This document shows, in pieces, positions 1 through 11,248 of a stretch of 64,000 nucleotides of DNA. Each line of letters starts with the position of its first letter. The stretch's first letter is position 1. Origin of the DNA: an uncultured Spirochaetota bacterium (GTDB lineage Bacteria > Spirochaetota > Spirochaetia > SZUA-6 > Fen-1364); assembly GCA_963745235.1 (NCBI GenBank), contig CAVUXE010000044.1, positions 32,001 through 96,000 on the forward strand. Direction: 5' to 3'. The notes beneath the pieces were generated by a model. The model saw only the letters and a list, made by a program, of their open reading frames with translations. It did not search any database and had not been told where the DNA came from. The position numbers and the translations under genes were made by a program.

Positions 1-1087
1 ACGAAGTAGTCGTCCTTGAGGGCAATCTCTTCCAGGCGAAGGGCGATGTCCAGGAGGGGATCATCCATGCCCGGGCTTCCGCAGCAGCCGATGGCAGGCC
101 TCCTTGAGGATCTTCGCGCGCGGATCGAAGCTCTTGTAGACCCTGTGCCCGAATCCCATGAGCCGGTCCGGGGTGTTTCTGTCCTTGGCCCTGGCCACGA
201 ACTCCGTGCCGTCTCCTCCCTCGTTGCGGATCTTTTCCAGCATCCTGATGACTTCCTGGTTGGCCCCGCCGTGACGCGGGCCCCAGAGCGCAGAAATGCC
301 GGCGGAAATGACGGCGTACACGTTGGCAAGGCTGGAGCCCGTCAGCCGCACGGTGGAGGTGCTGCAGTTCTGCTCGTGGTCGGCGTGGAGAATGAGGAAA
401 AGGTCAATTGCGCGCACCATGTCATCATCCAGCCGTCGACTCCTTGACCGGTGAGGAGAACATCATGTTCAGGAAGTTCGGCACGTAGCGAAGCCGGTAG
501 GAGGGGTAGACGATGGGCTCTCCGATTGACTTCTTGTACGAGATGGCGGCGATTGTCCGGATCTGCGAGATCAGGTTTGCCAGGATCTGGCGCTCGGACG
601 TCTCGTCCATCACCTCGGGGATGGGGTAGAAGGTGGACAGTGAGGCGACCGTCGTGGCAAGGATCCCCATGGGGTGGGACCCGCGGGGGAAGCCCACGAA
701 GAAATGCAGCATGTCTTCGTGGATCAGGGACGACTCATTGAGGAACGTGGAAAACTCTTCCAGCTCGCTGATGGTCGGCAGCTCGCCGTAGAGCAGGAGG
801 TAGGCAACCTCCGTGAAGGTCGACTTCTCCGCAAGCTCTTCGATGGGATAGCCGCGGTAGCGAAGGACGCCTTTTTCCCCGTCGATATACGTGATTGCGC
901 TGCGGCACGAGCCGGTATTCTCGTACCCGGTGTCCAGAGTGATGAAGCCGGTGGTCTTTCGAAGGCTGGTGACATCTATGGCCTTCTCCCCCTCGGTGCC
1001 CATCACGACGGGCAGCTCGTACTCCTTGCCCTCCAGGATCAGGCGGGCAGTTTCCGGCTTCCTGGGGTCCCTGCGTGCGTCAGCCAT
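1..1087 (-). CDS. gltA: Citrate synthase, runs off the window start, two apparent frameshifts (~440 and ~70)
   Basis: N-terminal ORF 425-1087 has [14 protein letters not shown]; ORF 61-420 has [21 protein letters not shown] and [10 protein letters not shown]; a third frame gives [20 protein letters not shown]. Confidence 0.93.
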
Positions 1088-1132
1088 TTCTCACCTCTTA
1101 TGTGCGTATGGAGATGGAAACGGCGGAAAAAG

Positions 1133-2391
1133 TCAACGGCGTGCGTGGTTCGCGGAAGCCTCCAGGAGCTCCAGGGCCTTTTTGAGTTGCGCGTCAGAGC
1201 TTGCCGCCAGCGCCTTTCTTGTCATGCCGCTCAGCGCGGTCGGAGTGATCAGGGACGCATCCGGGGGCAAGGGGACAGGAGTATCGGGAACGATTCCCTT
1301 GTGCCAGATGGTTTTGCCGGAGGGCGTCAGCCACTCCCTCACGGCAAGGAGGAGCGCGGACCCGTCGGGAAGCGGAAAGTTCTGCAGCACGGTGCCGGTT
1401 CCGAAGGTGGTCTCTCCGACAAGGACAGCCCGCTTCGCGTCGTGGAGAGCCCCGGCCACGATCTCTGCGCCGCTGGCGGTTCCCTCATTGATCAACACGA
1501 CCACGGGAAGCGCCATTGCCACTCCTCCCGGCTGGACCGTGTCGTGGGTAATCCCGCCATGCGCGTCTTTCTCCAGCACCACGTCGCCGCCGGGCAGGAA
1601 CTGGCTCGCGACCCCGATCGCCTCGTGGAGCTCGCCTCCAGGATCGTTTCGCAGGTCCAGGACAACTCCGGCCAGCTTCATCCCCTCCAGCTGCTGGAGC
1701 GCGGCCCTGATCTCCGTCGTGACTCCCCTGCTGAACGCTGCAACCCGGATGTCGGCAAAGGGATAGCCGGGCAGCTGTCGCCATGACACGTTGTCCACCC
1801 GTATGCGCGCGCGCCGCAGCGGCACCTCGGAGGTGGCGCCGGACGCCGGATCGAAGATGCTCAGGACCACGGTCGTCTCCGCGGGGCCGACAATCATGCT
1901 CACCACCTCGCCGATGCCGAGGCCCTCGACGGATTGGCCGTTCACCTTGAGGATCTGCTCTCCGGCTCTGAGTCCCGCGCGTATGGCGGGGGATCCGTCC
2001 AGCGGCGCCACAATCACCACGCTGTCATTCTTCAGGGTGATCTCGAGGCCCACTCCGACGTATTCACCCCGCATCATTGAGCGCTCCTCGTCCACCATGC
2101 TGGTGGTGAGATACGCGCTGTGGCCGGTATCTCCCAGAGCGTCGACCATCCCGGTAATGGCGCCGACGGTGAGCGGGCCAGGCGAGACGGCAGAGCGGTC
2201 CACGTACTCCTGGTTGATGATGTCCCAGGCCCGCCGGATGAGGGCGGTATCCGGCCCGCGCGCCGGACCGCCGGGTCGGGCGCCCTTCGAGGGGCGCGCA
2301 CGGTCCTGTCTACGGCCGCTCCGGCAAGGAATGAGACGGCGACAGCGGTCGCCAGGACGGCAAGGAACGCGACTCTTCGCGGCTGTGCCAT
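1133..2391 (-). CDS. ctpA: S41 carboxyl-terminal processing protease (PDZ + peptidase), one frameshift near 2270
   Basis: GVGLEI PDZ loop, LDLRNDPGG, TASGAEIVAGAL, GETTFGTG; membrane anchor MAQPRRVAFLAVLATAVAVSFLAGA lies in another frame starting at 2391. Confidence 0.88.
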
Positions 2392-4171
2392 CAAACGCAC
2401 TCTCCGACCGCGGAGGCTTTCCGCGCGCCGCCGTTTGCCTCAATGGCAGGAATCCGCGCAACCTGCCAGTGCCCGCCGCCGCAGAGAACGAGCCGCGAAT
2501 CATGAAAGGCAAGCGAGGCTCGAGCGATGGCCGACGCTCACAATCGCCGTCCGCGGGCAGGAGGTCGATCAGCGCTCCGTAGAGGGTGCCCTCGGCGGGC
2601 TCGTCGACGGCGGAGGTTGCTTCGTCCATGAAGACCCATGCCGGTCGCTGGAGGAAAATGCGGCCAAAGGCAAGGCGTTGCTGTTCCCCGAGGGACAGAA
2701 CCTGCGCCCACATGCGGTTTTCGTTCAGCAAAGGGAAGAGCTCCGGCAGGCCCGCCCGATCGAGAACGCCCCGCAGCTGATCATCGCTGGTGGCCGGGTC
2801 CCCGAATGGATAGAGAAGCGCTTCCCGCAGGGTGCCCAGTGGCAGGTATGGTTTCTGCGGCATGAAGAGGGAGGCATCTCTTCCGGGAAGCTCCACGGTT
2901 CCCTCGCCAAACGGCCAGATCCCCGCCACTGTACGCATGAGCGTGCTCTTGCCGCTCCCGGAGGCTCCCATCACGAGCAGGCGTTCGCCGGGCGTCAGCT
3001 CGAGATTGAGGTTCCGGACCAGCTCGCGGCCGTCGGGCAGCTGGACCTTCAGCCCCCGAAGCCGCAGGATCTCGCCGTCGCGCCGGATGATGTTGGCGTG
3101 CTTCTCGCGAATCGAGGAGATCTTGTCCATGGCCTGCTGGAAGAAGCGCAACCGGTCCACCACCGCGTGCCAGCTGGCCAGGTCGGTGTAGCTGTTGACA
3201 ATGAAGGAAAGCGCGCCCTGCACCTGGCCGAAGGCGCTTGAGATCTGAAAGATGGACCCGATCTGGATCACCTTGGCAAAGTAGGCGGGCAGGCTGACCA
3301 GGACGGGAAAGATGACGGCGGCCTGGCCGTACCCGGAGACCCACCAGTTCAGGCGCTTCGTCCGTTTCATGATCTGCCAGAAGTTTCGAAAGACGTTGGC
3401 AAACCGCCCCAGGAGGTGCTCGCGCTCCTGCGCCTCACCGCGGTAGAGAGCAATAGACTCGCTGTTCTCCCTGATGCGGACCAGGCTGAAGCGGAAATCC
3501 GCGTTGAATCGCTCCTGGTTGAAGTTCAGGTGGATGAGCCGGCGGCCCACCACCGCGGAGAGGACGGTGCCGCAGACGGAATACAGCAGCGCCGCCCACA
3601 CGAGGTAGCCGGGGATGACGACCTTCGCGCCGTGCCAGGGGATTGCCACCTGGCTGGAAAGAGTCCACAGCATCGCGAGGAATGCGGCAATAGTGGTGAC
3701 GGAGCTGATGACGCCAATGACGAAGTTGAGGGTCTGGGAGGAAAAGGTTGCCAGGTCCTGGCTGATGCGCTGGTCAGGGTTGTCTGTGCCGTCCCCCAGC
3801 ACCTGCATCTGGTAGTAGGTGCCGCGCGCCAGCCACGCATCGAGGTACTTCTTCGTGAGCCATTGACGCCACCGGATCTGCAGCATCTGTGTCAGGTAGG
3901 TCTGGTAAACCGCCGCTATGATCCAGGGTGTTGCAAGGATCAGGAATACGAGGAGCTGGTGCCACGCCTGCGGCGCGTCATATTTCTGAAGGGCGTTGTA
4001 GAAGGTGTTGTACCATTCCGTGATGCGGTACGAGATGAACACCATGAAAAGGTTCAGGAGAACGATGGCAAGGAACAAGCCTCGCGCCAGCCATTTCTCC
4101 TCGGAGCTCCACCAGTAGGGCTTCACGATCCCCCACAGGTCGCGAAAGAAAGCGCGGTTGAACTGCTTCAT
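2391..4171 (-). CDS. ABC transporter, fused permease/ATPase, YddA/SbmA-BacA (ABCD-like) family; indels near the 3' end
   Basis: DNPDQRISQD, ADFRFSLVRIRENSESIALYRGE, Walker A GASGSGKS, LSLGEQQR, MDEATSA; shifted frame gives IVSVGHRSSL; TGATG overlap with ctpA start after correcting two indels. Confidence 0.87.
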
Positions 4172-4264
4172 GACCAGTCAAATATCGAAAGGAATCCTGC
4201 CGCAAAGCAAATGCCTGGTCGCTTGACTTCCCGTGCGATTCGTCCCGATCTTCTGGGCGAGAGA

Positions 4265-7204
4265 ATGTCGAAAAGCGCAGGGGCCGTTCTTCTGGGGGCG
4301 ATCTTTTCAGCGGGCGCCATGCTTTTGGCAAGCGCTCCGCTCTGGTCCAGCCCCGCGGGATCCCTGGAGCCCGACTTCGAAGGGTGGCAGGAAACGGAAA
4401 CTGCGCATTTTGTATTCGTGTTCGAGCCGCGGGACAGCCGCGCGGTGGGCCAGCTCGTCTCTTTTGCCGAGGACGTTTACCAGGATGTGACAGGGTTCAT
4501 CGGCACGCGGCCTGCCCGCGTCTGGGTTGTCGTTGCGGGCCGCATCGATCTGGCAAACGCGGTCACGTACCCGTTGCCTCCCCACATCACCCTCTACCTG
4601 GCACCGCCGCCCGAGCCCCTGGTTGGACTGGAAGCCTCGTCGTACCTTCGCCTCCTCCTGGCGCATGAGCTGACCCATTTCCTGAATTTCGAGTACGACA
4701 AAGGGTTGTTCGCGTTTCTCTCCATGGTTTTTGGACCAGCTGTAAAAGGGGCCAACGCCGCTTTCCTTCCCACCTGGTTCCTGGAAGGGATCGCCACGCA
4801 TTCGGAGACGCTTTTCACCGACGGCGGACGCGGACGGAACCCCTTTTTCGAGATGGAGTACCGGGCTTTCGCAATGTCGCACCGCTTCTTTCCTTTGAGC
4901 AAAGCGGCCTACAGCTCGTATTTTCCGCCGGCGGACCGGGACTGGATCGGCGGCTATCTCTTCTTCCGCTATCTGCTCGACCACTACGGGAGCGATATCT
5001 ACATCCGCATCCACGACGAATACGTAAAGTTTCCCTTCCTCGGCCCATGGAAAGCAATCGAGCGGGCAACGAGAGAGCCGACCGACCGCTTGTACGGGGA
5101 CATGGTGGCCGAGTTGGAAGCTCACTCCTTTTCGCGCGGTTCGGCTGAAGAAGGAGCCAGCGTCGTTCCCACGGGCATCGCGGACTACTACCTGCCGGTG
5201 ATCACCTCCCGTGGCTGGTACCTGTACCGCACGACACTCGACAAAGCGCCCGGGATCGTGCTGTACGACCCAGCGACGAAAAGCGAGCGCCTCCTTCTCT
5301 CAACGCCTTTGACGGACAGCGCCTCTTTGACGGCGTCGGTGGACGGCGCGCGAATCGCCTTTTCAACGTACGAGGCGACCATCGGAAACAGCGGAGAGGT
5401 TGTGGCCTCCGATCTTTTCGAGCTGGACCCGGGAAGGGGAGTGGTTCGGCGAATCACCTCGGGCGGCCACGCATGGCAGCCGCGGCTCTCACCGGACGGG
5501 TCACGGCTCCTGGCAGTATCTGCGATCGGCCCCTGCTCGCGGCTCGTGGAGGTGGACCGGCACAGCGGTTCTCTTCATCTTCTTTTCTCGATGAAGGACG
5601 CCATCGTCTCCACGCCGTCTATTTCTCCTGACGGCTCGCTCGTGGCATTCGCAGTTTTCTTGCGCGGCGCATGGAGTATCCGGGTCCTCTCCCTCTCGAG
5701 CTCCGAAGTCCCCATTGCGGCTTCTGAGCCGATCACGGACTTCAACGTGGACATGGCAAGGATAGCTGTCGGCCCCACGCGGGCGGGCGCATATTACCCC
5801 CGGTTCGCAGATTCGGGAGACCTTCTTTTTTCCTCGGATATGAGCGGATCGCTTGCTCTCTATTCAACCGATACCGACGGGACCCGCTTCGCTCTTGTCT
5901 GCGATGACCCTGTTGGCGCGTGGGCGGGAGAGCTCTCTGGAAACCGGATCCTCTACGCATCATACAGGACCGACGGATACACGCTCATGGTCAAGGACGC
6001 GCGAGCCCAGCCGACGCAGCCTCCCACGGTGATCTCGGCTCAGGATGCAGAGGAAACGGCAGTAGGGACGCTTGCGCAGACCCCCTACGTGGACCTCCCT
6101 CGGTTCCTCGCCTGGGCGCCCCTGCCCATCTATTACAGCACGATTGCGGCCGGAGAGATCGTGGCCGCCCCCGGCGCGGCCGTCTGGGGCGTTTCCAACC
6201 TGGGCACGAGCTCCTACGCGGTCTCGACTTCCTTCCGGATTGACGCTCTCCAGCCTGCCGTTGAGCTGTCCCTGCAAACCGAGGCCGGCACGGTCGGCCT
6301 CGGCTACTCGCTTTCCGAGGGCTACACCAACCTCTCTCCAACAGATCACGACCAGGAGCTTGACCAGCAGGTGCAGCTGTCATTCCCGCTCATCTCTTCC
6401 ACCCGGCTCAATACCGCCACGGCGCTGTCTGTTTTCACGGCGGCGAGCGACACCCTCAGAGCGGAAGGATCGCAGGTCTTTTCCTTCCTGGACGGCTTAG
6501 GCGTGGGGCCAGGCGCGGCAGGCCTGAGCTATTCCCATGACATCGACGCCACGATCGGCGTGGGCTTCCGACGAAGCTCGATCGAGAGCCCGATGGACCT
6601 GTTTGCCCTTTCCCAGACCCGGGCTTCCCTGGGCGTCTCTCTGTATCCGCCTGTTCTGTCCGCCACCGGCCCTGGCGTGGTCACGACCGGCCTGTTGTCT
6701 GTTTCGTTCCCCTCCCCCCTTGCCCACCAGGTGCTGCAGTTTGGGCTGAAAACGAGCTACGTCAGTCTCAACGAGACATTCTATCAGATGACGAACCCTC
6801 GCGGCGCTTTCGATCCCGTCATCCAGACCATGCCCGCGCGGACGCTTCTCTCCCTGGACTATCTCATTCCCATTGCGTTGCTCGATGCGCCCCTTGCCTA
6901 CAGTCTCGGCCTGGTCGGGGTGGGATGCGGTTTTCACATCGAAGCGGCCGCGGACTGGTCCGCGGCCCCGGCCGTCGTTGCAGCCGACCGTGACGTGTAC
7001 GCTGGTTTCGAGCTCGTGGTGGAGGTCGCCGCCGGGGAGCAGACCTTTCCCGTGGGCCTTGGGCTCAGCTTCCGGTTCGACCCGCGTTTCGCCACGCCCC
7101 CGGACTGGGGAACGGACCTTCGGCCGTACCTCTTCATTTCAAATGACAGCTTTGACAGCACCATCTTCGGAGCGCGCCTCAGGCGCGCCATTGCGGCGCC
7201 TTGA
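4265..7204 (+). CDS. Large exported protein: HEXXH metallopeptidase-like domain, TolB/PD40-like propeller, beta-rich C-terminus
   Basis: Signal-peptide-like MSKSAGAVLLGAIFSAG; LAHELTH followed by PTWFLEGIA; repeats QPRLSPDGSRL and TPSISPDGSLVAF. Confidence 0.7.
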   Translation: MSKSAGAVLLGAIFSAGAMLLASAPLWSSPAGSLEPDFEGWQETETAHFVFVFEPRDSRAVGQLVSFAEDVYQDVTGFIGTRPARVWVVVAGRIDLANAVTYPLPPHITLYLAPPPEPLVGLEASSYLRLLLAHELTHFLNFEYDKGLFAFLSMVFGPAVKGANAAFLPTWFLEGIATHSETLFTDGGRGRNPFFEMEYRAFAMSHRFFPLSKAAYSSYFPPADRDWIGGYLFFRYLLDHYGSDIYIRIHDEYVKFPFLGPWKAIERATREPTDRLYGDMVAELEAHSFSRGSAEEGASVVPTGIADYYLPVITSRGWYLYRTTLDKAPGIVLYDPATKSERLLLSTPLTDSASLTASVDGARIAFSTYEATIGNSGEVVASDLFELDPGRGVVRRITSGGHAWQPRLSPDGSRLLAVSAIGPCSRLVEVDRHSGSLHLLFSMKDAIVSTPSISPDGSLVAFAVFLRGAWSIRVLSLSSSEVPIAASEPITDFNVDMARIAVGPTRAGAYYPRFADSGDLLFSSDMSGSLALYSTDTDGTRFALVCDDPVGAWAGELSGNRILYASYRTDGYTLMVKDARAQPTQPPTVISAQDAEETAVGTLAQTPYVDLPRFLAWAPLPIYYSTIAAGEIVAAPGAAVWGVSNLGTSSYAVSTSFRIDALQPAVELSLQTEAGTVGLGYSLSEGYTNLSPTDHDQELDQQVQLSFPLISSTRLNTATALSVFTAASDTLRAEGSQVFSFLDGLGVGPGAAGLSYSHDIDATIGVGFRRSSIESPMDLFALSQTRASLGVSLYPPVLSATGPGVVTTGLLSVSFPSPLAHQVLQFGLKTSYVSLNETFYQMTNPRGAFDPVIQTMPARTLLSLDYLIPIALLDAPLAYSLGLVGVGCGFHIEAAADWSAAPAVVAADRDVYAGFELVVEVAAGEQTFPVGLGLSFRFDPRFATPPDWGTDLRPYLFISNDSFDSTIFGARLRRAIAAP

Positions 7205-7266
7205 AGAAAAGTCAGCCGAGATTGACGGCCTGACGGGCAGGAGGCATGTTATAGGGAGGAGCGATC

Positions 7267-8076
7267 GTGTCGTTGAGCACCAGAAAGACTTTTTTCGTTC
7301 TCCTGCTGGGGGCCGCAGCCTGCTTGCCGGCCGCGGCAGACAAGAGCTTTGATCCAGCACTGTCCCAGGAGGTCGGCTTCTATGAGAACCCCGGCGGCCT
7401 GGTCCCGCTGGATACGGCCTTTCGCGATGAGGGCGGGAACCCTGTCACGTTGAGAAAGCTCATTCACGTTCCGACCATTCTCGCCCTCGTCTACTACCAG
7501 TGCCCCAACGTTTGTGACGCTCTTCTCACGGGGGTGGCCGGATCTCTCAAGTCGCTGGACGCCGTGCCGGAGAAGGATTATCAGGTGATCACCATCAGCA
7601 TCGATCCCACGGAGACTTCCGTCGAAGCCAGAAAGGCACGGAGGATATCCCTGGAATCCATCGAAAAGCCCTTTCCACCCTCGGCATGGCGTTTCCTCAC
7701 AGGGGATGCGGCGAGCATAGGTCTGGTTGCCCAGGCAATCGGCTACCGCTACAGGAAGGTCGGCGCAGGCTTCGATCATCCTGTGGGGATCATCGTCCTG
7801 TCCTCTCAGGGCAAGATCATCCGCTACATGTACGGCGCGGATTTTCTCCCCGCGGACTTGAAGCTTTCCTTGCTCGAGGCTTCTTCGGGCAGGGTGGGAC
7901 CCACGATTGCCAGAGTTCTTCGTGTCTGTTTCACCAAGGATCCGAAAAGCCACGCTCTTGTGTTCAACCTCTTGAGAATTGTCGGATCCGTGACTCTTGC
8001 CGCGGCCGGTCTGCTGGTCGGCTACGTTGTATTCGCCACCATGAGACGAAAACGGGCGGGCCATCAGACGATATGA
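7267..8076 (+). CDS. SCO1/SenC copper chaperone with C-terminal TM helix
   Basis: YYQCPNVC (CxxxC), WRFLTG, conserved His in FDHPVG. Confidence 0.88.
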   Translation: MSLSTRKTFFVLLLGAAACLPAAADKSFDPALSQEVGFYENPGGLVPLDTAFRDEGGNPVTLRKLIHVPTILALVYYQCPNVCDALLTGVAGSLKSLDAVPEKDYQVITISIDPTETSVEARKARRISLESIEKPFPPSAWRFLTGDAASIGLVAQAIGYRYRKVGAGFDHPVGIIVLSSQGKIIRYMYGADFLPADLKLSLLEASSGRVGPTIARVLRVCFTKDPKSHALVFNLLRIVGSVTLAAAGLLVGYVVFATMRRKRAGHQTI

Positions 8077-8090
8077 AGGAGGCATCTCAC

Positions 8091-8807
8091 ATGAAGGTGC
8101 TCAGAAATCTTGCCATGCTGGGGGCTTTGGCCGCGCTGGCGGCTGGCCCTCTTCACGCTCTTCCCGTTCTCAAAGGCAATGTCTTTGCCCAGCCATGGGC
8201 AGCATCCGACTTCACGCTCATAGACCAGAATGGTGTTCCGTTTCACATGGCTGACACGAAGGGCAAAGTGGTCGTCATGACGTATATCTACACGCATTGC
8301 ACCGACTTCTGCCCGTTTGTGGCGCTGAAGATGAACGCTGCGGGAAAGCTCCTGGGAGCCGACACCGGCAAGTTCGTCATGGTTGCCGTGACCACGGACC
8401 CGGAGAGGGACACCCCCCAGGTCTGCGCGTCATACAGCAAGGCGATCGGGATGGCTGATTCCTGGCGCTTCGTGACTGGACCTCTCGCGAAAGTTCAAGC
8501 GGTCTGGAAGAACTACTACATCGGCGTCGAGAAGGAAGAAGAACAGCCTGCCGCCTCCGCCAAACCGCCCAGCCCTCAGGAAGAGAAGGCCGCGCAGGAA
8601 GAGGCCGCCAGAGTGGCACGGGGCCTCGGCGCTGACGACAAGGCCCTCGTGGGAAAGATCATCGACGCCTTCGGCGGCGGCTATGACGTCTCCCACGACA
8701 TCCCCTTCTGGATCGTGGACAAAGAAGGGATGATGCGCGTCGACCTTGAAGCGGATGCGACTCCCGCAGACATCGCTTCCGACGTGAAGGCTCTCATCGC
8801 GGAGTGA
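8091..8807 (+). CDS. Second SCO family protein
   Basis: RBS AAGGAGG at 8076; DFTLIDQNG, YTHCTDFC, TTDPERDT, VSHDIP. Confidence 0.88.
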   Translation: MKVLRNLAMLGALAALAAGPLHALPVLKGNVFAQPWAASDFTLIDQNGVPFHMADTKGKVVVMTYIYTHCTDFCPFVALKMNAAGKLLGADTGKFVMVAVTTDPERDTPQVCASYSKAIGMADSWRFVTGPLAKVQAVWKNYYIGVEKEEEQPAASAKPPSPQEEKAAQEEAARVARGLGADDKALVGKIIDAFGGGYDVSHDIPFWIVDKEGMMRVDLEADATPADIASDVKALIAE

Positions 8808-8891
8808 CTTTCAGCGCTCCAAGCGCTTCCCTTTCATTTCCTGTCGTTCTTCTCACCGAGTCCCCGATGACGGCTGAGATGCTGACGTGAC

Positions 8892-8935
8892 TTGACGATG
8901 CCGGTTCGAATTGCTAAGTTAGACACGTCAAATTT
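8892..8935 (+). promoter_or_regulatory. Sigma70 promoter overlapped by a DtxR/MntR/TroR-type operator
   Basis: TTGACG(8892)-N17-TAAGTT(8915) with TG extension; imperfect palindrome AAGTTAGACACGTCAAATTT at 8916-8935 directly upstream of the DtxR-family gene. Confidence 0.7.
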
Positions 8936-8953
8936 ACGGTTTTGGAGGCGTTC

Positions 8954-9638
8954 ATGTCGGAGATCGCGCTTTCGGGAGCTCTCCAGGACTACCTTCGGGC
9001 CATCTACTGTCTGGAAAGGGAGGCCGGAGGGGCCTCAACCTCGCTTCTGGCCGAGAGACTCGGCGTGTCCCAGCCTTCGGTGACGAGCATGATGAAGAAA
9101 CTGGCCTCCCGGAAGCTCATCTCGTATGCCCCGTACCTTTCCATTTCTCTTACGAAAGCGGGGGAACGACGAGCTCTTGAAATGGTCCGCCATCACCGCT
9201 TGATCGAGACGTACCTCCAGCGTGCTCTGGGGTTCGGTCTGGAAGAGCTCCACGATGAAGCTGAGATACTCGAGCACGCCTTGTCGGAAAAGCTGGAGGA
9301 AAGGATCGACGCCATGCTCGGATATCCCGCGTTCGACCCGCACGGGTCCCCCATCCCTGATCGCGAAGGACACGTGAGTGCAAGGAGCCTCGTTCCGCTT
9401 GCCTCGCTGGGCCGGGGAGAGAGCGACGGTGGGCCAGATCGTGTGCAGGGCCCCGAAGCAACTGCGACACCTGCAGGAGATCGGGCTCGTCCCGGGAGCC
9501 GTTGTTCGCGTGAAGGGCAGCGACGCCGGGAGCGGGATCATGCGGATCGAGTTGGCGTCCCGTCCGGATGAGCCCATCGGAGAAGGCATTGCCCGCTGCG
9601 TCCTCGTGTCGAAAGGAAAGAAGGAAAGGAATGGCTGA
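8954..9638 (+). CDS. mntR: DtxR/MntR metal-dependent repressor with C-terminal FeoA domain (frameshift ~9420)
   Basis: QDYLRAIY, LGVSQPSVTSMMKKL, RHHRLIETYL, EAEILEH, DPHGSPIP; FeoA-like LRHLQEIGLVPGA in the next frame. Confidence 0.88.
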
Positions 9639-11003
9639 AACGACTCATGTACAGTCGTCCCCGGTCATCACCCATGAGGACGTAGATCGCGCTCGTGACC
9701 GATTGGCCCTGGCGAAAGCCCGGGCCCCTGGCGCACGGCTGGGGTGGCTTCGTTTGTTCTGGCTCCTGATCGGGCCGGGAATCCTGGTCTTCCTGGGAGA
9801 GAACGACGCGCCGAGCATGCTGTCCTATGCGGCAACGGGATCGAAGTTCGGGATCGGGTTCTTCATCCCCTTTGTATTGGTCACGTTTCTCATGGGGTAC
9901 GTGGTCCAGGAGATGACGGTGCGCCTCGGCGCGGTCACGCACCGCGGTCACGCGGAGCTGATCTTCGACAGGTTCGGGAAATTCTGGGGCTGGTTTGCCA
10001 TGACCGATCTGGCCATCGGCAACTTCCTGACCCTGGTCACCGAGTTCATCGGCGTCCGCGCGGGCCTGAGCTTCTTCGGCATTCCACCTGTTGTTGCCGT
10101 GGGCGGCTCCCTGGTGATCGTGCTCGGCGCGGTCCTCAGCCACCGCTACTGGACGTGGGAGCGCATCGTGCTGGGTCTCGCCATCTTCAACGCGCTCTTT
10201 ATTCCGGCAGCCCTGTTCGCGCATCCCGGGTGGGGAGCCATCGGGCGTGCGTTCCTGACATGGTCACCCATGCCCGCCGGCGGACTGCTCAAGCCCGACA
10301 CCCTTCTCATCATCGTGGCCGATATCGGTGCAACGGTGACGCCCTGGATGCTCTTCTTCCAGCAGAGCGCCGTTGCGGACAAGGGTTTGCAACCACGAGA
10401 CATCCGCGGGGGCCGAATGGATACGCTGCTGGGGACTCTGTTGGCGGCGGTCTTTGGCATCGCGGCAATCGTGGCCACGGCCCCGCTTTTCGCAAAGGGC
10501 ATCGACGCGAGCGACTATCAGGCAGCCCAGTTCGCCCAGGCGCTCCAGCCGCTCATCGGTCGCGCCGGGGCCGCGCTGTTTGCGCTGGGGATCTTCGAGG
10601 CAGGGCTCGTGGCAGCCATCACCATCTCGACATCTTCCGCGTATGCGTTCGGCGAGGTGGCAAGAAAGCCTCACAGCCTCAACCGCTCTTTTCGAGAGGG
10701 ACGGGGCTTTTACGGTATCCTTATCAGCTCGGTCGTAGTAGCAGGGGCCCTGGTCCTGATCCCCGGCGCCCCTCTGGAGTACATCATACTCATCGTCAAC
10801 GTCATTGCCGTCCTTGCCATGCCGCCTGCCCTGCTTTTCCTGGTCCTTCTGTCGAATGACCCGAAAGTGGTGGCCGAGCACACGAGCTCCCCTCTGGCGA
10901 ACGTGGCCATCATCGCTGTGACGGTCGTTCTCGTCCTCGCTGGGCTGGCTTTCGGGGTGACCACATTGTTCCCCAACCTGCTCGGCGGTGGGGGGGAGGA
11001 TAA
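9631..11003 (+). CDS. NRAMP-related divalent cation transporter
   Basis: Polytopic; GPGILVFLGENDAPS, VQEMTVRLG, GATVTPWMLFFQQS; 3' end uncertain because as assembled it reads through a G run into the next ORF. Confidence 0.85.
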
Positions 11004-11007
11004 GGAA

Positions 11008-11244
11008 ATGAAAGACACGGAAACCAGGGCTCCGGACCTCGAGCACAAGCCGGAAGCGGTCCTCTCCCTGCTGGAGGAAGATCAGCTTTTCGTGGCGAAG
11101 CAGAAGGCGCACCTGGGCCGGGCAACGCTTTCACGAGGCACCCGCATCCTCATGTGGTGCCTCCGCGGCTACGTCATCCTCATGCTGGTGGTCATCGTGG
11201 TGGAGGTAGTGCGTTCGCTGCACGGGGGAGGCGCAGGTCAGTAG
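11008..11244 (+). CDS. Small single-TM protein, in frame with (or fused to) the NRAMP gene
   Basis: Own RBS-like GGAGG/AAGGA and ATG at 11008; MKDTETRAPDLEH...LMWCLRGYVILMLVVIVV. Confidence 0.55.
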   Translation: MKDTETRAPDLEHKPEAVLSLLEEDQLFVAKQKAHLGRATLSRGTRILMWCLRGYVILMLVVIVVEVVRSLHGGGAGQ

Positions 11245-11248
11245 TTTT

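Noticed and set aside
1133-4171. Apparent 1012 aa ABC transporter-CtpA protease fusion
   Set aside because: Both native termini are visible in other frames and join as a TGATG overlap at 2391; the fusion arises from several single-base indels, probably sequencing errors
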